Assembly: GCA_963758915.1 (NCBI GenBank)
Contig: CAVWXH010000006.1
Span: 33,436 to 97,435, forward strand
Direction of reading: 5' to 3'
Length of the DNA: 64,000 nucleotides
From: an uncultured Methanomicrobiales archaeon
GTDB lineage: Archaea; Halobacteriota; Methanomicrobia; Methanomicrobiales; Methanospirillaceae
Shown here: positions 19,595-32,028 of the stretch, one piece after another
How positions within the stretch are numbered: the stretch's first letter is position 1
How the letters are laid out: each line of letters starts with the position of its first letter
Notes under the pieces: model-generated
What the model was told of the DNA's origin: nothing
Database searches by the model: none
Seen by the model: the letters and a program-made list of their open reading frames with translations, nothing else
Position numbers and translations under genes: made by a program

Positions 19595-19609
19595 GTTTTT
19601 CCTTACCTT

Positions 19610-20698
19610 TCATACGATTCCCATATCCGAAAGCCTTTTTGGGAGATATTCCTTTGTTACAAAATCAAGCCCGCGGGCTGCAAATGCCTGTTGTTCAGAT
19701 TTCATCCCCATCTTGAGCTGTAAATTTATCTGTTCCCTCCAGTAGTCTGTTGCGAAACGTGGGTCGGTAAGTTCACTGTTGAGCGCTGCAATATCGCGTT
19801 CATTGAGATGGTCTGAAGGGAGGTTATAGTCCCTGATATCGCTTGGCTGCACACCTATGAACCTGGCCTGCGGGGTGGCAAGGATTTCTGACATATGGGC
19901 ACTTTTAATTGCCCCATAGGCAACACTTGCATAAATCCGGTAAGACCAGGGGTCGCCATCGGTGAAAACGACCACGGGGAGCTTGAACTGATCATTTATC
20001 CTGTTCAGGACACGACGGGTTGAACGGGCAGGCTGCCCCTTCAAATGAACAAGGATAGCCTTATAGTCCTCGTCAAACCCGTTCTCGATGAGCCGTGCAT
20101 ACATACCCCCGGTCTCGATTGCGATAACAAATCTGGCATCGTGGTCAAGGAAATCGATGGTATCGACATTGGTTGGTATCTGGTAACCTGCCTCTCCTAC
20201 ATCGTCCCGGCAATGGATCTTACGCTCTCCCCTCCGTGTGACTTCCTTCAATTCAATCGGACCAAATATTGTTGCCCCATCTTCTTCAGGCCGTAAATGG
20301 AAAGCTTCCCGTTGCATATCGGTCAGAATTTCAAGGTCTTCGATCAGGAAATTGCTTTCATCCTGTGCGCCGAATTTTGCTTTTTTCCAGCCTTCCGAGA
20401 TATAATACAACTCTCTTAACGTCGATGAACGGTTTTCGCCTATCTGTTTTTTCAAAAACCAGATAACCCACGCCATTTTCAGGATGTGCATCGCACTTTT
20501 TGCCGAACCTGCAGAGCGCGTACTCTCCTTTTCGCCGTATTTCCAGACTTCGCTCTCGTCATCAAATTCAATATTGTGTTTTGTCCGGGTTGGAAGGTTA
20601 ATTGAGGGGATGATCCCGCTCTTAATCTGGTCATACCAGTTTTGTGCAATTGTCTGCAGGCTTTCAATTGCCTTTATATTGAGGTCTGATTTAGACAT
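19610..20698 (-). CDS. top6A: DNA topoisomerase VI subunit A
   Basis: [27 protein letters not shown]. Confidence 0.96.
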   Translation of the reverse strand: MSKSDLNIKAIESLQTIAQNWYDQIKSGIIPSINLPTRTKHNIEFDDESEVWKYGEKESTRSAGSAKSAMHILKMAWVIWFLKKQIGENRSSTLRELYYISEGWKKAKFGAQDESNFLIEDLEILTDMQREAFHLRPEEDGATIFGPIELKEVTRRGERKIHCRDDVGEAGYQIPTNVDTIDFLDHDARFVIAIETGGMYARLIENGFDEDYKAILVHLKGQPARSTRRVLNRINDQFKLPVVVFTDGDPWSYRIYASVAYGAIKSAHMSEILATPQARFIGVQPSDIRDYNLPSDHLNERDIAALNSELTDPRFATDYWREQINLQLKMGMKSEQQAFAARGLDFVTKEYLPKRLSDMGIV

Positions 20699-22481
20699 TA
20701 AGGTCCACCACCACGAGTTTTCCCTCATCTATCCCTCTGATATCAAGGTTACCACCACCCCTTCCTTTCCAGGTAACCTTCCAGCTGGCACCCGGTGTCA
20801 GGGGCACCTGCCAGACCTTGGTAAATTCGGTATCGAGTGATGTAATAAAATCCGCCTTTGGTTCGGCATCATCTGCATTGTCAGGGGATGTCTCGTACAC
20901 CGATACCGTGCCATTAAATTCAGTATAATTGTTCAGTTCGATTGTAACTGTGCCACCTGATGACCGTTTCTTAACAACCATCTTTCTCATGATGCGTCCT
21001 TCTATGGGGCTTATATCCGGGACAGGCAGTTCTACAATCTCGCTTACTTTCTCTGCGATCTCAGGAATTATTGCACACACCGCACGGGCACGGTCATCTG
21101 CCAGCCGGTTCCTGTCCCTCCGTGAAAGGAACTGTTTTAAGTCGCGCCCCAGCTCCTGGAGGGCGAGGGTGATCTCCTTCTCAATTTCAGGGATCGATGC
21201 AATCGCATCTTTGCTTTCACTGGTGAAGGGTACATTTGTCGAGGCAACATGGACGAGAATGAGTAATGGGCCTGTAGGAAGGCCCTGCTGTGAAATGGAG
21301 TAACTTTTCCAGTTTATTTGGGTAATGCAGCCGGTGATTGCACAGGCCCCCTGCTGGTACATCAGTGGCACCCGGTTTGCAAACCTGAGGATCTGTGCGT
21401 TTCCTTCAGGTGGAAGTTTTCCTCCATATCCGAGTGCAGCCTCGACCATGAACGGATGTCCGGAGAATACAGAGCTTGGGCGTGTCCTTGACCTGATAAA
21501 GTCCATCGGGAACTCTTTACGAAGGCCTCTGATAATAAGGTCCTCCCCGATCGGCGATAGGCAGAGTGACGCAGACGGTGCAGGGACATTTACCTGCTGC
21601 ATCGCAGCAATCAACCGTTGCTGCTCATCTTTGGTCAGTTTCCTTGCGGATTTTTCCGGGGATATTCCGGCAATCTGGCTCATTTCAAGAGCGGTTTTCT
21701 TTCCGACACGGGAGAAACCGGATACAAGGAATTGTTCAACCGGGTTATCACTTGATGCAAGCATCCGTTGCAGCTGCCCAATCTCGATGCCGTGCGGGTG
21801 CGGCTGGATAGCCTTCGGGCAAATAATGATGTCAGCGCTCACCCGCTCGAATATTTCAGTTTCATCGTCCAGGTCGACACGGATCCTTGCGTGGGGGTTT
21901 ACTATAGCCGTGTAGCGCAGGTATTCGAGGAGCCTTTTTTTAGCTGCCAGGCTGCTTTTAAATTCAATCTGGACACGCGTCCCATGGGCCCTGTCCCATT
22001 CGATCTCCTGTGTGCTGATGATATCCGGTTCGTTAGTCTCTATTTTTATCTGGAGATGCACCTGGCATGCAGGTGTCGCAGCACTTGTCCGGGAAATGAC
22101 AAGGGTTGGCATCCCGGTGGTAAGCTGTGCATACAGCACAGCAGCACTGATACCTATACCCTGCTGGCCCCTGCTTTGTTTAATCTGGTGGAATCGGGAG
22201 CCATAGAGGAGTTTTCCAAAGACATAAGGAATTTGTGCGGGTACAATACCGGGGCCGTTGTCCTCGACAATAATACGGAATACATCCCCTGATACCCGTT
22301 TTATGCCCACATAGATATCGGGGAGGACTTCCGCCTCTTCACAGGCATCAAGGGCATTATCGACAGCCTCCTTGACAGTTGTGATAATCCCCCTCGTGGG
22401 GGAGTCAAACCCCAGCAGGTGCTTATTTTTCTCGAAGAATTCTGCGACACTGATACTTCTCTGGGACTTGGCAAGACTCAT
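20691..22481 (-). CDS. top6B: DNA topoisomerase VI subunit B
   Basis: [45 protein letters not shown]. Confidence 0.97.
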   Translation of the reverse strand: MSLAKSQRSISVAEFFEKNKHLLGFDSPTRGIITTVKEAVDNALDACEEAEVLPDIYVGIKRVSGDVFRIIVEDNGPGIVPAQIPYVFGKLLYGSRFHQIKQSRGQQGIGISAAVLYAQLTTGMPTLVISRTSAATPACQVHLQIKIETNEPDIISTQEIEWDRAHGTRVQIEFKSSLAAKKRLLEYLRYTAIVNPHARIRVDLDDETEIFERVSADIIICPKAIQPHPHGIEIGQLQRMLASSDNPVEQFLVSGFSRVGKKTALEMSQIAGISPEKSARKLTKDEQQRLIAAMQQVNVPAPSASLCLSPIGEDLIIRGLRKEFPMDFIRSRTRPSSVFSGHPFMVEAALGYGGKLPPEGNAQILRFANRVPLMYQQGACAITGCITQINWKSYSISQQGLPTGPLLILVHVASTNVPFTSESKDAIASIPEIEKEITLALQELGRDLKQFLSRRDRNRLADDRARAVCAIIPEIAEKVSEIVELPVPDISPIEGRIMRKMVVKKRSSGGTVTIELNNYTEFNGTVSVYETSPDNADDAEPKADFITSLDTEFTKVWQVPLTPGASWKVTWKGRGGGNLDIRGIDEGKLVVVDLNV

Positions 22482-23737
22482 CCGCGAGGACCACTCATTA
22501 CCACCTCGTGGATCGCAGATGGGAGGTCCAGTTCACGCTGTTCCCCATTGATCAGGTCTTTTAATGTGACGGTCCCTGACTCTTGTTCACGCCTGCCGAT
22601 AATTGCGACGAATTGCGCAGATTTCGATGCATGGGTGATCTGGGCCCCGATGCTACGTCCCATTATGTCAGTTTCAGTCCGGAGCCCTGCTTCCCGGAAT
22701 GCCCTTGCAACCCTGAGCGCGTGAGCCCTTCCTTCAGGGGTGTAGACGATACCTACGACACGTTCTGGTTCTCCTGCAGAATCCCCCAGTGAGACCATTA
22801 CGCGGTCGAAACCAATTGCAAACCCTGATGATGGCACATCATCCCCGCCAAAGAGATGAGCAAGGCGGTAAGCGCCCCCTCCCATGATCTGGTTCTCAGC
22901 ACCGAGGTTATCAGCAAATGCCTCGAATACCATGCCGGTATAATAGTCGAGTCCCCGGGCAATGCCCGGGTCAATCGAATAATGTATCTCCATTTCATCA
23001 AGCAGGCCGAATGTCTCTTCTATTCTTTCATATTCAGGGATCTTTCCGGTAATTTCTTTTATTTCGTCAAGTGATCTGCATTCGAGAAGTGTCGTAAGGG
23101 AACCATAGAGGTCTGACCTGCCCGAAACACCAAGATGACCCTTCAGGCCATCATAGTCTTTTTTATCGAGATATCGCATTAAAATGCGCTGTTGTTTTAA
23201 ATCCAGGTCTGAAAGGAGTGCTTTCATGAAACCCAGATGACCGATATGCAGGGAGAATGACACCCCGGAAGCTTCAAGGAGGTCACGGGCGAGCATGATC
23301 ACCTCTGCATCTGCAACCGACGTATCTGCACCAATCAGCTCAACGCCAAACTGCCAGAACTGGCGATAACGTCCTTTCTGCGGGCGTTCGTACCGGAAAC
23401 AATCTGCGAAGTAGCACCATCGTAATGGTTTTGGGGTAACCCGTGCCTCGTTTAGGTACATCCTCTGGACTGCTGCAGTGATCTCCGGCCTGAGCGCCAT
23501 CATGCGGCCCCCTTTATCCTCGAATACATACATTTCTTCGATTATCCCATCGCCAGACCGCGCGGTGAACAGTTCAAGTTCTTCAAATTCCGGGGTGCAT
23601 ACTTCGCGATATCCCCAGCAACGGGCAACATCGCGCAAACGTTTTTCTACTGCTCTCCGTTGCTCCATCTCATCAGGGAGGAAGTCCCTGGTCCCCCGTG
23701 GCCTCTGTATCATTCTTCTCTCACCATTTCCAGTCAT
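22478..23737 (-). CDS. hisS: Histidyl-tRNA synthetase
   Basis: [34 protein letters not shown]. Confidence 0.97.
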   Translation of the reverse strand: MTGNGERRMIQRPRGTRDFLPDEMEQRRAVEKRLRDVARCWGYREVCTPEFEELELFTARSGDGIIEEMYVFEDKGGRMMALRPEITAAVQRMYLNEARVTPKPLRWCYFADCFRYERPQKGRYRQFWQFGVELIGADTSVADAEVIMLARDLLEASGVSFSLHIGHLGFMKALLSDLDLKQQRILMRYLDKKDYDGLKGHLGVSGRSDLYGSLTTLLECRSLDEIKEITGKIPEYERIEETFGLLDEMEIHYSIDPGIARGLDYYTGMVFEAFADNLGAENQIMGGGAYRLAHLFGGDDVPSSGFAIGFDRVMVSLGDSAGEPERVVGIVYTPEGRAHALRVARAFREAGLRTETDIMGRSIGAQITHASKSAQFVAIIGRREQESGTVTLKDLINGEQRELDLPSAIHEVVMSGPRG

Positions 23738-23742
23738 CTATC

Positions 23743-24054
23743 CTATTTTTTCCCATATCGTACCGAGCCTAAGAAACGCTCTGCGGTACTTTCGTCCGTC
23801 CATACCTTCTCCCGCGTACCTCTGTCCCTTAGGAAAAGTGCGGCCATCACTATGCCGATTCCGATCACCTCTGCTGAAGAACCGAGCAGCACGATTAGAA
23901 ACCCCAGGGTTGCAAGTGCACCATACAGCACACCATACCGGGCTGCTTTCCGGTACCCCGGCAGACCCGTGCGGTAATATATACGGACATCGCGTAACCA
24001 CAGGAATATGACGGCGACTGCCCCGAATAGTGCGACATATAAAAGATAGCTCAT
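23743..24054 (-). CDS. Small multi-TM hypothetical protein
   Basis: Three hydrophobic segments; directly upstream of hisS in the same run. Confidence 0.65.
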   Translation of the reverse strand: MSYLLYVALFGAVAVIFLWLRDVRIYYRTGLPGYRKAARYGVLYGALATLGFLIVLLGSSAEVIGIGIVMAALFLRDRGTREKVWTDESTAERFLGSVRYGKK

Positions 24055-24102
24055 ATGATGAACGTATAATTATACTTCAGACCATATCTTTATTATCAAA
24101 CC

Positions 24103-25388
<1,286 letters not shown>

Positions 25389-25468
25389 GCCGGGTAGCAC
25401 GTTTCGGCAGTTCTCCATGGGTATGTTATCAGAAAGGATGTCTTCTTGCAGGGCAAACTGGTGTATTC

Positions 25469-26737
25469 ATGTTTCGGCAGTTAAAGGAAATGTTCCGGAA
25501 AGAGGAAGAACCCTCCCTGACCCTGGCATCAGTTGAGGTCCCCGGGTGGTTGGCAGGTGAGTATTCAAAGGTTGAGAAAAATGAGAAAGACCATGTTAAC
25601 TTGTCACGAAAAAACATTCTTGGGAACATTGATAAGTTAAGGGAACTTGTCGGACTTCTCGGTTCGGCTGAACACGAGGGGGTAGTGCATCCAAAACTCG
25701 GGAATGTAGTGGAAAAATCACTGCCCCTCTTTAAAAAAGCCATAATATCTGCACTTAACCGGCAGTACCCGGAAAACCCTGATGATTTTTATAACGCTGT
25801 TACCGAATGTCTCAAGGGGTGTATTAAAAGTACGGCAGGACCCGGACGGTACCTTATGGGAGTTTTTCCCGAGGAGATGAAAGCTATCCGGATAGCGATT
25901 GACCTGGTTGGGCGGGAAATTAACTCCCTGAATCCTGTTATTGCAGAAACAAGGAAAAAAGAAGAAGAACTTAACAGAATCAGGCAGCTGCATGATTCTT
26001 ACCTTCATTCCTGCGAAGAATTACGCCGGGCAGAAGACCAGTACCCCCTGCTTACAAAACGGTCACTTATCCTGGAGGGGGAAATTAAGGTCATTAATGA
26101 AGAAATCAGCCGCTTAAGCCATGACCCCCGCACGATACAGCTCGATGATTTACATACAGAAGAGAAACAGCTGGACGAGGAACACAAGAGAACATGTGGT
26201 GAGTTCTCCGCATCCGTTAATATGATTGTTCATGTACTGAAGCGGGCTGAAAAAGTCGCCCAGAAAGACCATAACCCGGCTCTTGCCAAAAAGACCCATG
26301 CCCTGGCAGAACACCTCTCAAAAAGTGAAATTCATGAAATTCCTGTTCTTTGCCAGGAATTGAACTCCGTGCTTCCTGAAATCATTGTCATGGTTACTCA
26401 CGGGGATATTTCCCTTAAGAATAAGGAGGAACACCAGTTTTTTTCCAATCCTTCAGTTCTGCCCGCTAAAATGCAGGAAATTTACCGCAGGATTCAGGTC
26501 ACCGATAATCAGCTGAAAGAGACCCGCAGGAAAATAGCAGGCAGCAGTTTCGTTCATGAGAAAGAATCAATGGATCATCGCTACCATCTGAAAACGAGTG
26601 AACTGGAAGAGATAGAACGGAGTAAGGCTGCACTCGATGGGCGTCGTTCTACATTACAAGCGGAAATTCCGTCGTTACTTCAACAGACTATGGACAGGAT
26701 CTCTGCATATTCCGGAAAAAAGGTAATAATCAGCTAG
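25469..26737 (+). CDS. Hypothetical coiled-coil-rich protein
   Basis: 422 aa open frame, E/K/L-rich heptads, no NTPase motif recognised. Confidence 0.7.
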   Translation: MFRQLKEMFRKEEEPSLTLASVEVPGWLAGEYSKVEKNEKDHVNLSRKNILGNIDKLRELVGLLGSAEHEGVVHPKLGNVVEKSLPLFKKAIISALNRQYPENPDDFYNAVTECLKGCIKSTAGPGRYLMGVFPEEMKAIRIAIDLVGREINSLNPVIAETRKKEEELNRIRQLHDSYLHSCEELRRAEDQYPLLTKRSLILEGEIKVINEEISRLSHDPRTIQLDDLHTEEKQLDEEHKRTCGEFSASVNMIVHVLKRAEKVAQKDHNPALAKKTHALAEHLSKSEIHEIPVLCQELNSVLPEIIVMVTHGDISLKNKEEHQFFSNPSVLPAKMQEIYRRIQVTDNQLKETRRKIAGSSFVHEKESMDHRYHLKTSELEEIERSKAALDGRRSTLQAEIPSLLQQTMDRISAYSGKKVIIS

Positions 26738-26799
26738 AAAACGCAAAAAAAAGGCCCTGGGGATTCCCCTTCCCTGTTGTGGCGAACGGCACATTTTTT

Positions 26800-28266
26800 T
26801 TACGTTTCATTAAAGATTTCAATAACTTTTTTCATGTCCACATGCTCCTCAAAATGCATGGCGAGCTGGTCATAAGGGTCTGCAGATCCCCCCTCTTTCA
26901 GTTGTATAAACGGTTCGCCTTTCTTTTGATAAAGATATGAAAGGAGCGCGTTGATAACAGTGGAATTGGAAAGAAGGCCGTGCATGTATGTACCAATGAC
27001 GAGGCCATCGGCAGATACTGCCCCCTCATTGTTGAAAGCTTCCATGTCCTCACCTTTTTCTGTTATTCCCATATGGATCTCATACCCGTTTACCTCCCCG
27101 ATTCCTGACAGTATCGGGGGCACCGGGTTGGCACGATGCCGGACCTGCGTGGTATTCTTTTCATAACTGATGAACCTCGTCACTCCCTTAAGAAATCCAA
27201 GTCCCTGATATACCCCTTCGCGGGACTCCACGCCCGAATCGTGCAGTTCGCGTCCCAGCATCTGGTAACCGCCGCATATTCCGATTATTGGTATCCCTGC
27301 ATTTCGTGCCATGGTAATGTTCCCTGCCCCGCCACTCCGGTGCAGTTCCATTAGATCTTCGACGGTATTCTTTGTCCCTGGTATGATGATACAGTCATAT
27401 CCTTCGAGTGAATCTCCCGGGGTGACATAGTTCACTGCGGCATGTTGTTCAAGGAGTTCGAAATCTGTAAAATTTGAGATATGTGGGTGGCGTATTATCG
27501 CTATCCTGACCGGATAGCGTCCTGCTTTTTTGTCCCCAAGTGAAAGCGAGTCCTCACTTGGGAGTGGGATATCACAATATGGTATCACACCAAGGACCGG
27601 TACCCCGGTCAGGTCCTCGATGATACTGATACCCGGGGAGAAAATCCCCTGGTCTCCCCTGAATTTATTGATAATAATCCCCATCACACGCTTCCTGACT
27701 TCAGGAGGGAGGAGTTGCAAGGTGCCATATATGGATGCAAAAACACCCCCCCGTTCAATATCCGCGACAAGTATGATAGGTATCTTCAGGGTTGTTGCAA
27801 GCCTGATATTTGCGATATCACGTGAATAGAGATTTACTTCGGCCGCCCCACCTGCCCCTTCCACGACAATATGACCATATTTAGCCTTGAGTCTGTCCGC
27901 AGATTCAACGGCAATCCCGAGAAGGTAGTCGGTCTCCTGGTAATACGCTGAGATTGCAACATCCTTGTATGGATGACCAAGCAGGACCACCTGTGACACG
28001 GTCCCACCTTTTGGCTTCAACAGGACCGGGTTCATATCAGCATCCGGTTCCAGTTTCGCTGCAATTGCCTGCATTGCCTGGGCAATACCGATCTCACAGC
28101 CGTCCTGTGTTACAAAGGAGTTCAGACTCATATTCTGCGATTTGAATGGTGCTACCCGGTACCCCCGGTTGACCAGGGACCTGCACAGGGCTGCGACAAT
28201 TGTGCTTTTTCCTACATGTGATGCAGTACCCAGGATCATAACAGACATTAGTACTGTACATTGCAT
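26800..28266 (-). CDS. cobQ: Cobyric acid synthase
   Basis: GTASHVGKS, PFKSQNMSLNS, NPVLLKP, ISNFTDF, GICGGYQMLG, GYEIHMG. Confidence 0.96.
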   Translation of the reverse strand: MQCTVLMSVMILGTASHVGKSTIVAALCRSLVNRGYRVAPFKSQNMSLNSFVTQDGCEIGIAQAMQAIAAKLEPDADMNPVLLKPKGGTVSQVVLLGHPYKDVAISAYYQETDYLLGIAVESADRLKAKYGHIVVEGAGGAAEVNLYSRDIANIRLATTLKIPIILVADIERGGVFASIYGTLQLLPPEVRKRVMGIIINKFRGDQGIFSPGISIIEDLTGVPVLGVIPYCDIPLPSEDSLSLGDKKAGRYPVRIAIIRHPHISNFTDFELLEQHAAVNYVTPGDSLEGYDCIIIPGTKNTVEDLMELHRSGGAGNITMARNAGIPIIGICGGYQMLGRELHDSGVESREGVYQGLGFLKGVTRFISYEKNTTQVRHRANPVPPILSGIGEVNGYEIHMGITEKGEDMEAFNNEGAVSADGLVIGTYMHGLLSNSTVINALLSYLYQKKGEPFIQLKEGGSADPYDQLAMHFEEHVDMKKVIEIFNET

Positions 28267-28456
28267 GCCTGAATTTTAAATACGATTGAGTTTCTTCACT
28301 CCCCTTTGTGCCGGGGGTACGAAAGCAATTCTGGGTGTGAATCAGATTAATTCTCAAAATATTGCCTGCAATTACCTTATATGAATGGAAATATTCCCGG
28401 AAAGAACCCCTTTTTCATGCCAACAAATAAATAACGTAACTTTAAAGGTACAGGTA

Positions 28457-28762
28457 ATGAACGGTGGGATTTGTCCAACCTGTGGACTACCTAAAGAACT
28501 ATGTATTTGTGAGGAGGTAGCAAAGGAGCAGCAGAGGATTAATGTCAAGGTCAATAAGAGACGGTATGGAAAAGAAGTCACCGTTATTGAGGGACTAGAC
28601 CCGACTGATATTGATCTTGAAGACCTCTCGAAGTATATGAAAGGAAAGCTTGCCTGCGGTGGTACGGTGAAAGGGAATTCAATTGAACTGCAGGGAAATC
28701 ATCGTGAGCGTGTTAAAGAGCTGCTTGCCGACAAGGGATACAGTGTTGACAATATAAATTAA
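28457..28762 (+). CDS. Translation initiation factor SUI1/aIF1 (YciH)
   Basis: [36 protein letters not shown]. Confidence 0.93.
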   Translation: MNGGICPTCGLPKELCICEEVAKEQQRINVKVNKRRYGKEVTVIEGLDPTDIDLEDLSKYMKGKLACGGTVKGNSIELQGNHRERVKELLADKGYSVDNIN

Positions 28763-28897
28763 TCCCGGGAATTTCAGTGGCATAAACGGACTGAAATTCC
28801 ATTGCCCATACAGTCCTGAAGTTTCTTTTTTTATTGGGCACATACAAACCAGGATACCCGGGTTCTGGAACACCTGGAATATTTTAAAAAATCGATT

Positions 28898-28954
28898 GAA
28901 ACCCTGCCCGGAATATCCTAATTGGGATGTGACAGGGAGGGGGTGAACCCCCTC
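28898..28954 (-). repeat. Inverted partial copy of the MITE core
   Basis: GAAACCCTGCCCG..GAATATC..CAGGGAGGGGGTGAACCCCCTC matches the reverse complement of 19386-19448. Confidence 0.75.
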
Positions 28955-29011
28955 AGGTACAATCAGTCCTGTTATTTCTTCCGCATAGATCTGCAAGAGA
29001 ATGAACTAAGA

Positions 29012-29401
29012 CTATTTGCGGATCTTTTTATCTTTTCCGGGTTTAATCATTGAGTGAAGGTCGAGCAGGTAATTACCCTCCGTCCCGATTCCGACGACGC
29101 GTTCATCAGAGTTTGCAAGCTTTTCGATATTCAGCTCGTAGGTACCGGGAGCGATGATCCTGATACTTTCGACCCTGTCACGGGCCTCCTTCTTTTCATC
29201 CGCTCCTGTGCTCACTACCAGTACCTGGTCGGGGGTCTCTTTTGCAAGGGCTTCAGCGGATTTTTCCAGCATTATGTCTTTATTCCTGTCATTTTCCCCG
29301 ACATAAAGGAATTTTCTGCCACCGCAACTTTCACACCCACGCAGGATTACGGGGGATGCATCCTTGTAGTCCCTCCCGCACTGCACACACTTGTGGGGCA
29401 T
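29012..29401 (-). CDS. oapC: Zn-ribbon protein OapC/ArvC (DUF2072)
   Basis: MPHKCVQCG..ILRGCESCGGRKFLY, VESIRI..PG.YELN. Confidence 0.85.
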   Translation of the reverse strand: MPHKCVQCGRDYKDASPVILRGCESCGGRKFLYVGENDRNKDIMLEKSAEALAKETPDQVLVVSTGADEKKEARDRVESIRIIAPGTYELNIEKLANSDERVVGIGTEGNYLLDLHSMIKPGKDKKIRK

Positions 29402-29407
29402 TTATTT

Positions 29408-29770
29408 TCACCGTGTTGATATCCAGGCGCTAATCTGGTCTTTATCTTTTTTGATCATTTTCAACTGGTTTGCGGGCCCGATCACAGTGAGTCTTGTTGA
29501 GGCTGAATGCCTGCCGATAAGCCTTGACAGGAATGAACTCTCCTCGCGCGACGGGTATGTTTCCATCTCAATACCATTAAAATCATCAGGAAGGATCTCT
29601 TTCATGGTCATTTCAATGAGTTTGCTCTGTTCATCAGGTTCGAGCCCCTTTTCCAGAATTACAATAGTTCCCTGCCTGACTTTATCAAGGATCAGGTGAA
29701 TTTTCTCCATCGATGTCATATTTTCAAGACTTTCCTGCGAGATTAGGTCGATCTGAACCCCCTGTAACAT
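29408..29770 (-). CDS. oapB: OapB/ArvB (DUF2073)
   Basis: MEKIHLILD.V..G.IVILE.GL.PDEQSKLIE, LTVIGPANQ; start set at ATG 29770. Confidence 0.85.
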   Translation of the reverse strand: MLQGVQIDLISQESLENMTSMEKIHLILDKVRQGTIVILEKGLEPDEQSKLIEMTMKEILPDDFNGIEMETYPSREESSFLSRLIGRHSASTRLTVIGPANQLKMIKKDKDQISAWISTR

Positions 29771-29777
29771 TTTTTGA

Positions 29778-30419
29778 TCACCTGAAGGAATGCACCATCT
29801 GTTCATAGAGTTCTTCAATATTCTTGCCCTCAAGGCAGGAAATCGGTACCACCGGGTGCTGGGGGAATGCGCTCCTGATCTTCTGCGGGGCTGCATCCGG
29901 AAGATCAATTTTATTGGCGGCAATAATGACGGGGAGTTTCCTGCTCTCGATGATCCCAATCATCATTATGTTGACCTGCTGGAATGGGTCTGAAGTACTG
30001 TCAAGCATATAGACAACCCCGTCAATATCCTCCCGAAGCCAGTGCATTGCTTCAGCGACCCCCTCTGTTGCTTCCCTGGCCCTGGTGATTGCCTCATCCT
30101 TGTCAAGGCCATACTCGAGAAATTCCTTGTAATCAATTTTGGTGGTAACCCCCGGTGTATCAACGATATCTATTGTTATCGAATGCCCGTTCGCACCAGA
30201 GATACAGATGTCCTGTTTCCGGAGCGCCCTTCGGGTTTCATGAGGGATTTCACTTACCGCTCCCACCGCGTCCCCGGCCCAGTCACGGGCTATCCGGTTT
30301 GCCAGTGTTGTCTTACCTGCGTTAGGTGGCCCATAAATACCAATTCTTGAGCGCTTTTTCTTGAAAAACGCGGAGAGAAATCTTGAAAATCTATTTTTTG
30401 TCTGGACAAAAATATCCAT
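29778..30419 (-). CDS. oapA: Small GTPase OapA/ArvA
   Basis: G1 GPPNAGKTT, PHETR, G3 DTPG, G4 NKID; heads a three-gene operon. Confidence 0.88.
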   Translation of the reverse strand: MDIFVQTKNRFSRFLSAFFKKKRSRIGIYGPPNAGKTTLANRIARDWAGDAVGAVSEIPHETRRALRKQDICISGANGHSITIDIVDTPGVTTKIDYKEFLEYGLDKDEAITRAREATEGVAEAMHWLREDIDGVVYMLDSTSDPFQQVNIMMIGIIESRKLPVIIAANKIDLPDAAPQKIRSAFPQHPVVPISCLEGKNIEELYEQMVHSFR

Positions 30420-30637
30420 CAAACACCTCGCTCTGATGCTGCCGGTCGTGTCATCACAATAATCCTTATGAAGAGATCAATGGCGCTGCATATTATCATA
30501 TGCAATACTTCCATTTTTATTTTTTTTATGGATTATAAAACCCGGGAATCCTCTTCAGGGAAGTATATATACACCAATTTCTTTATATTGGAGTCTTGCT
30601 GTAATGGTAAACTGTAGCATCATATGGAGGTGAACTC

Positions 30638-31201
30638 TTGAGTAATGAAAAAGACCAGATCCATTTCGAGACCCGTATCCCGTTAAACGAAATTATGCAG
30701 AGCAATCCGACAACAATCGGGTACGAAGCGACTGTGGCGGAAGCTGCAGCCTCAATGTGCAGGGACGAAGTGGGCAGTTGCATTGTTCTCAAAAATAACC
30801 TGCCGATTGGCATTGTCACCGAGGAGGATATTAACTGTAAGGTCGTGGCGAAGGACAAGAGGCCTGGTACCGTGAAGGTCGGCGAGATCATGAGCACTCC
30901 GCTGATAACGGTATCGGCAGGAAAGACTGTCGGAGATGCAGCCCATATGATGATCAAGCACCGGGTAAGGCGATTACCGGTTGTCAACGACGATAACTCG
31001 GTAATAGGTATTGTAACGGTGCGGGATCTTCTCACGGTATCTACTGAGATTAATGAACTGATGGCGGACCTGATTGAGGTGAACCGGGTAGAAGAAATTG
31101 AAATGGGGATGTGTAACCGTTGTGGCCAGATGTCAGATGACTTAAAGCGGATCGACAACGTCATGCTTTGTTCATCCTGCAGGGAGGAGGAATTTCTTTA
31201 A
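30638..31201 (+). CDS. CBS-pair protein with C-terminal Cys4 zinc ribbon
   Basis: GIVTEED, RRLPVV..GIVTVRD; CNRC...CSSC. Confidence 0.9.
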   Translation: MSNEKDQIHFETRIPLNEIMQSNPTTIGYEATVAEAAASMCRDEVGSCIVLKNNLPIGIVTEEDINCKVVAKDKRPGTVKVGEIMSTPLITVSAGKTVGDAAHMMIKHRVRRLPVVNDDNSVIGIVTVRDLLTVSTEINELMADLIEVNRVEEIEMGMCNRCGQMSDDLKRIDNVMLCSSCREEEFL

Positions 31202-31956
31202 TGAAAATGGTTAAAGACTTCATGGTCGAGGTGCCGCTTCTCAAAAAGGATGATACGGTGACAAAGGCCCGTCAGATCCTCAGGGATGATTCCTTTCGTG
31301 AGATTTACATCCATGACGGGAAAAAAAAACTCCTTGGATATATTGATATTAGTGACGTTCTGCAAATCAGGTCAACGAAATCAAATGTGACGGTTGAGGG
31401 TTTTATGAAAGAACCCGCGGCCGTTTTGGAGAATACGCCAATTGAACATGCGGTGCGCGAAATCAGGGAATTCCGGACTGACAGTGCAGCAGTGACTGAC
31501 GCGAAGCGATATATTATCGGGGGAGTGATTATCTCCGACCTGTTCCCGATTATCATCACACGGCACGAGCTCAGGGGACTGGCAGGAGATTATATGACGA
31601 AGAAAGTAATTTCCTGTGCGCCGGAGGATCCTGTTCAGAAAGTCTATAACCTTATCATAGAAAGTGGGTTTTCCGCATTTCCCGTGATTAAAAAGGATAA
31701 GTGTCTCGGGATAATTTCAAGCAGGGATCTCCTTAAGGCAGGGAGAGTCCGCAGTGTAATCGAAAATAATGTATCAACACCGATCGAGGCCATTATGACC
31801 AAAACGGTCATTTCCGTCTCACCTGAAGAGCCAGTTCAGTCAGCGGCTGCACGTATGGTACGGTATGATATCAGCCGTGTCCCGGTCCTGGAATCGACCC
31901 GCGTTGTGGGGATACTGGACCGGCATGACGTTATGAAGGCGCTGGTGCTGGCATAA
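31201..31956 (+). CDS. Four-CBS-domain protein
   Basis: Repeated G(I/Y)xxxxD CBS motifs. Confidence 0.88.
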   Translation: MKMVKDFMVEVPLLKKDDTVTKARQILRDDSFREIYIHDGKKKLLGYIDISDVLQIRSTKSNVTVEGFMKEPAAVLENTPIEHAVREIREFRTDSAAVTDAKRYIIGGVIISDLFPIIITRHELRGLAGDYMTKKVISCAPEDPVQKVYNLIIESGFSAFPVIKKDKCLGIISSRDLLKAGRVRSVIENNVSTPIEAIMTKTVISVSPEEPVQSAAARMVRYDISRVPVLESTRVVGILDRHDVMKALVLA

Positions 31957-32028
31957 CCGGGCCGCGAATATCGGTGACATTTAGAATAAGGGAATTTGCC
32001 GTCAATAGAGGATTAGGGTAGTGTAACC

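Noticed and set aside
30420-30637. Replication origin next to oapA, as in haloarchaea
   Set aside because: No ORB-like repeats and no orc1/cdc6; looks like an ordinary divergent promoter region
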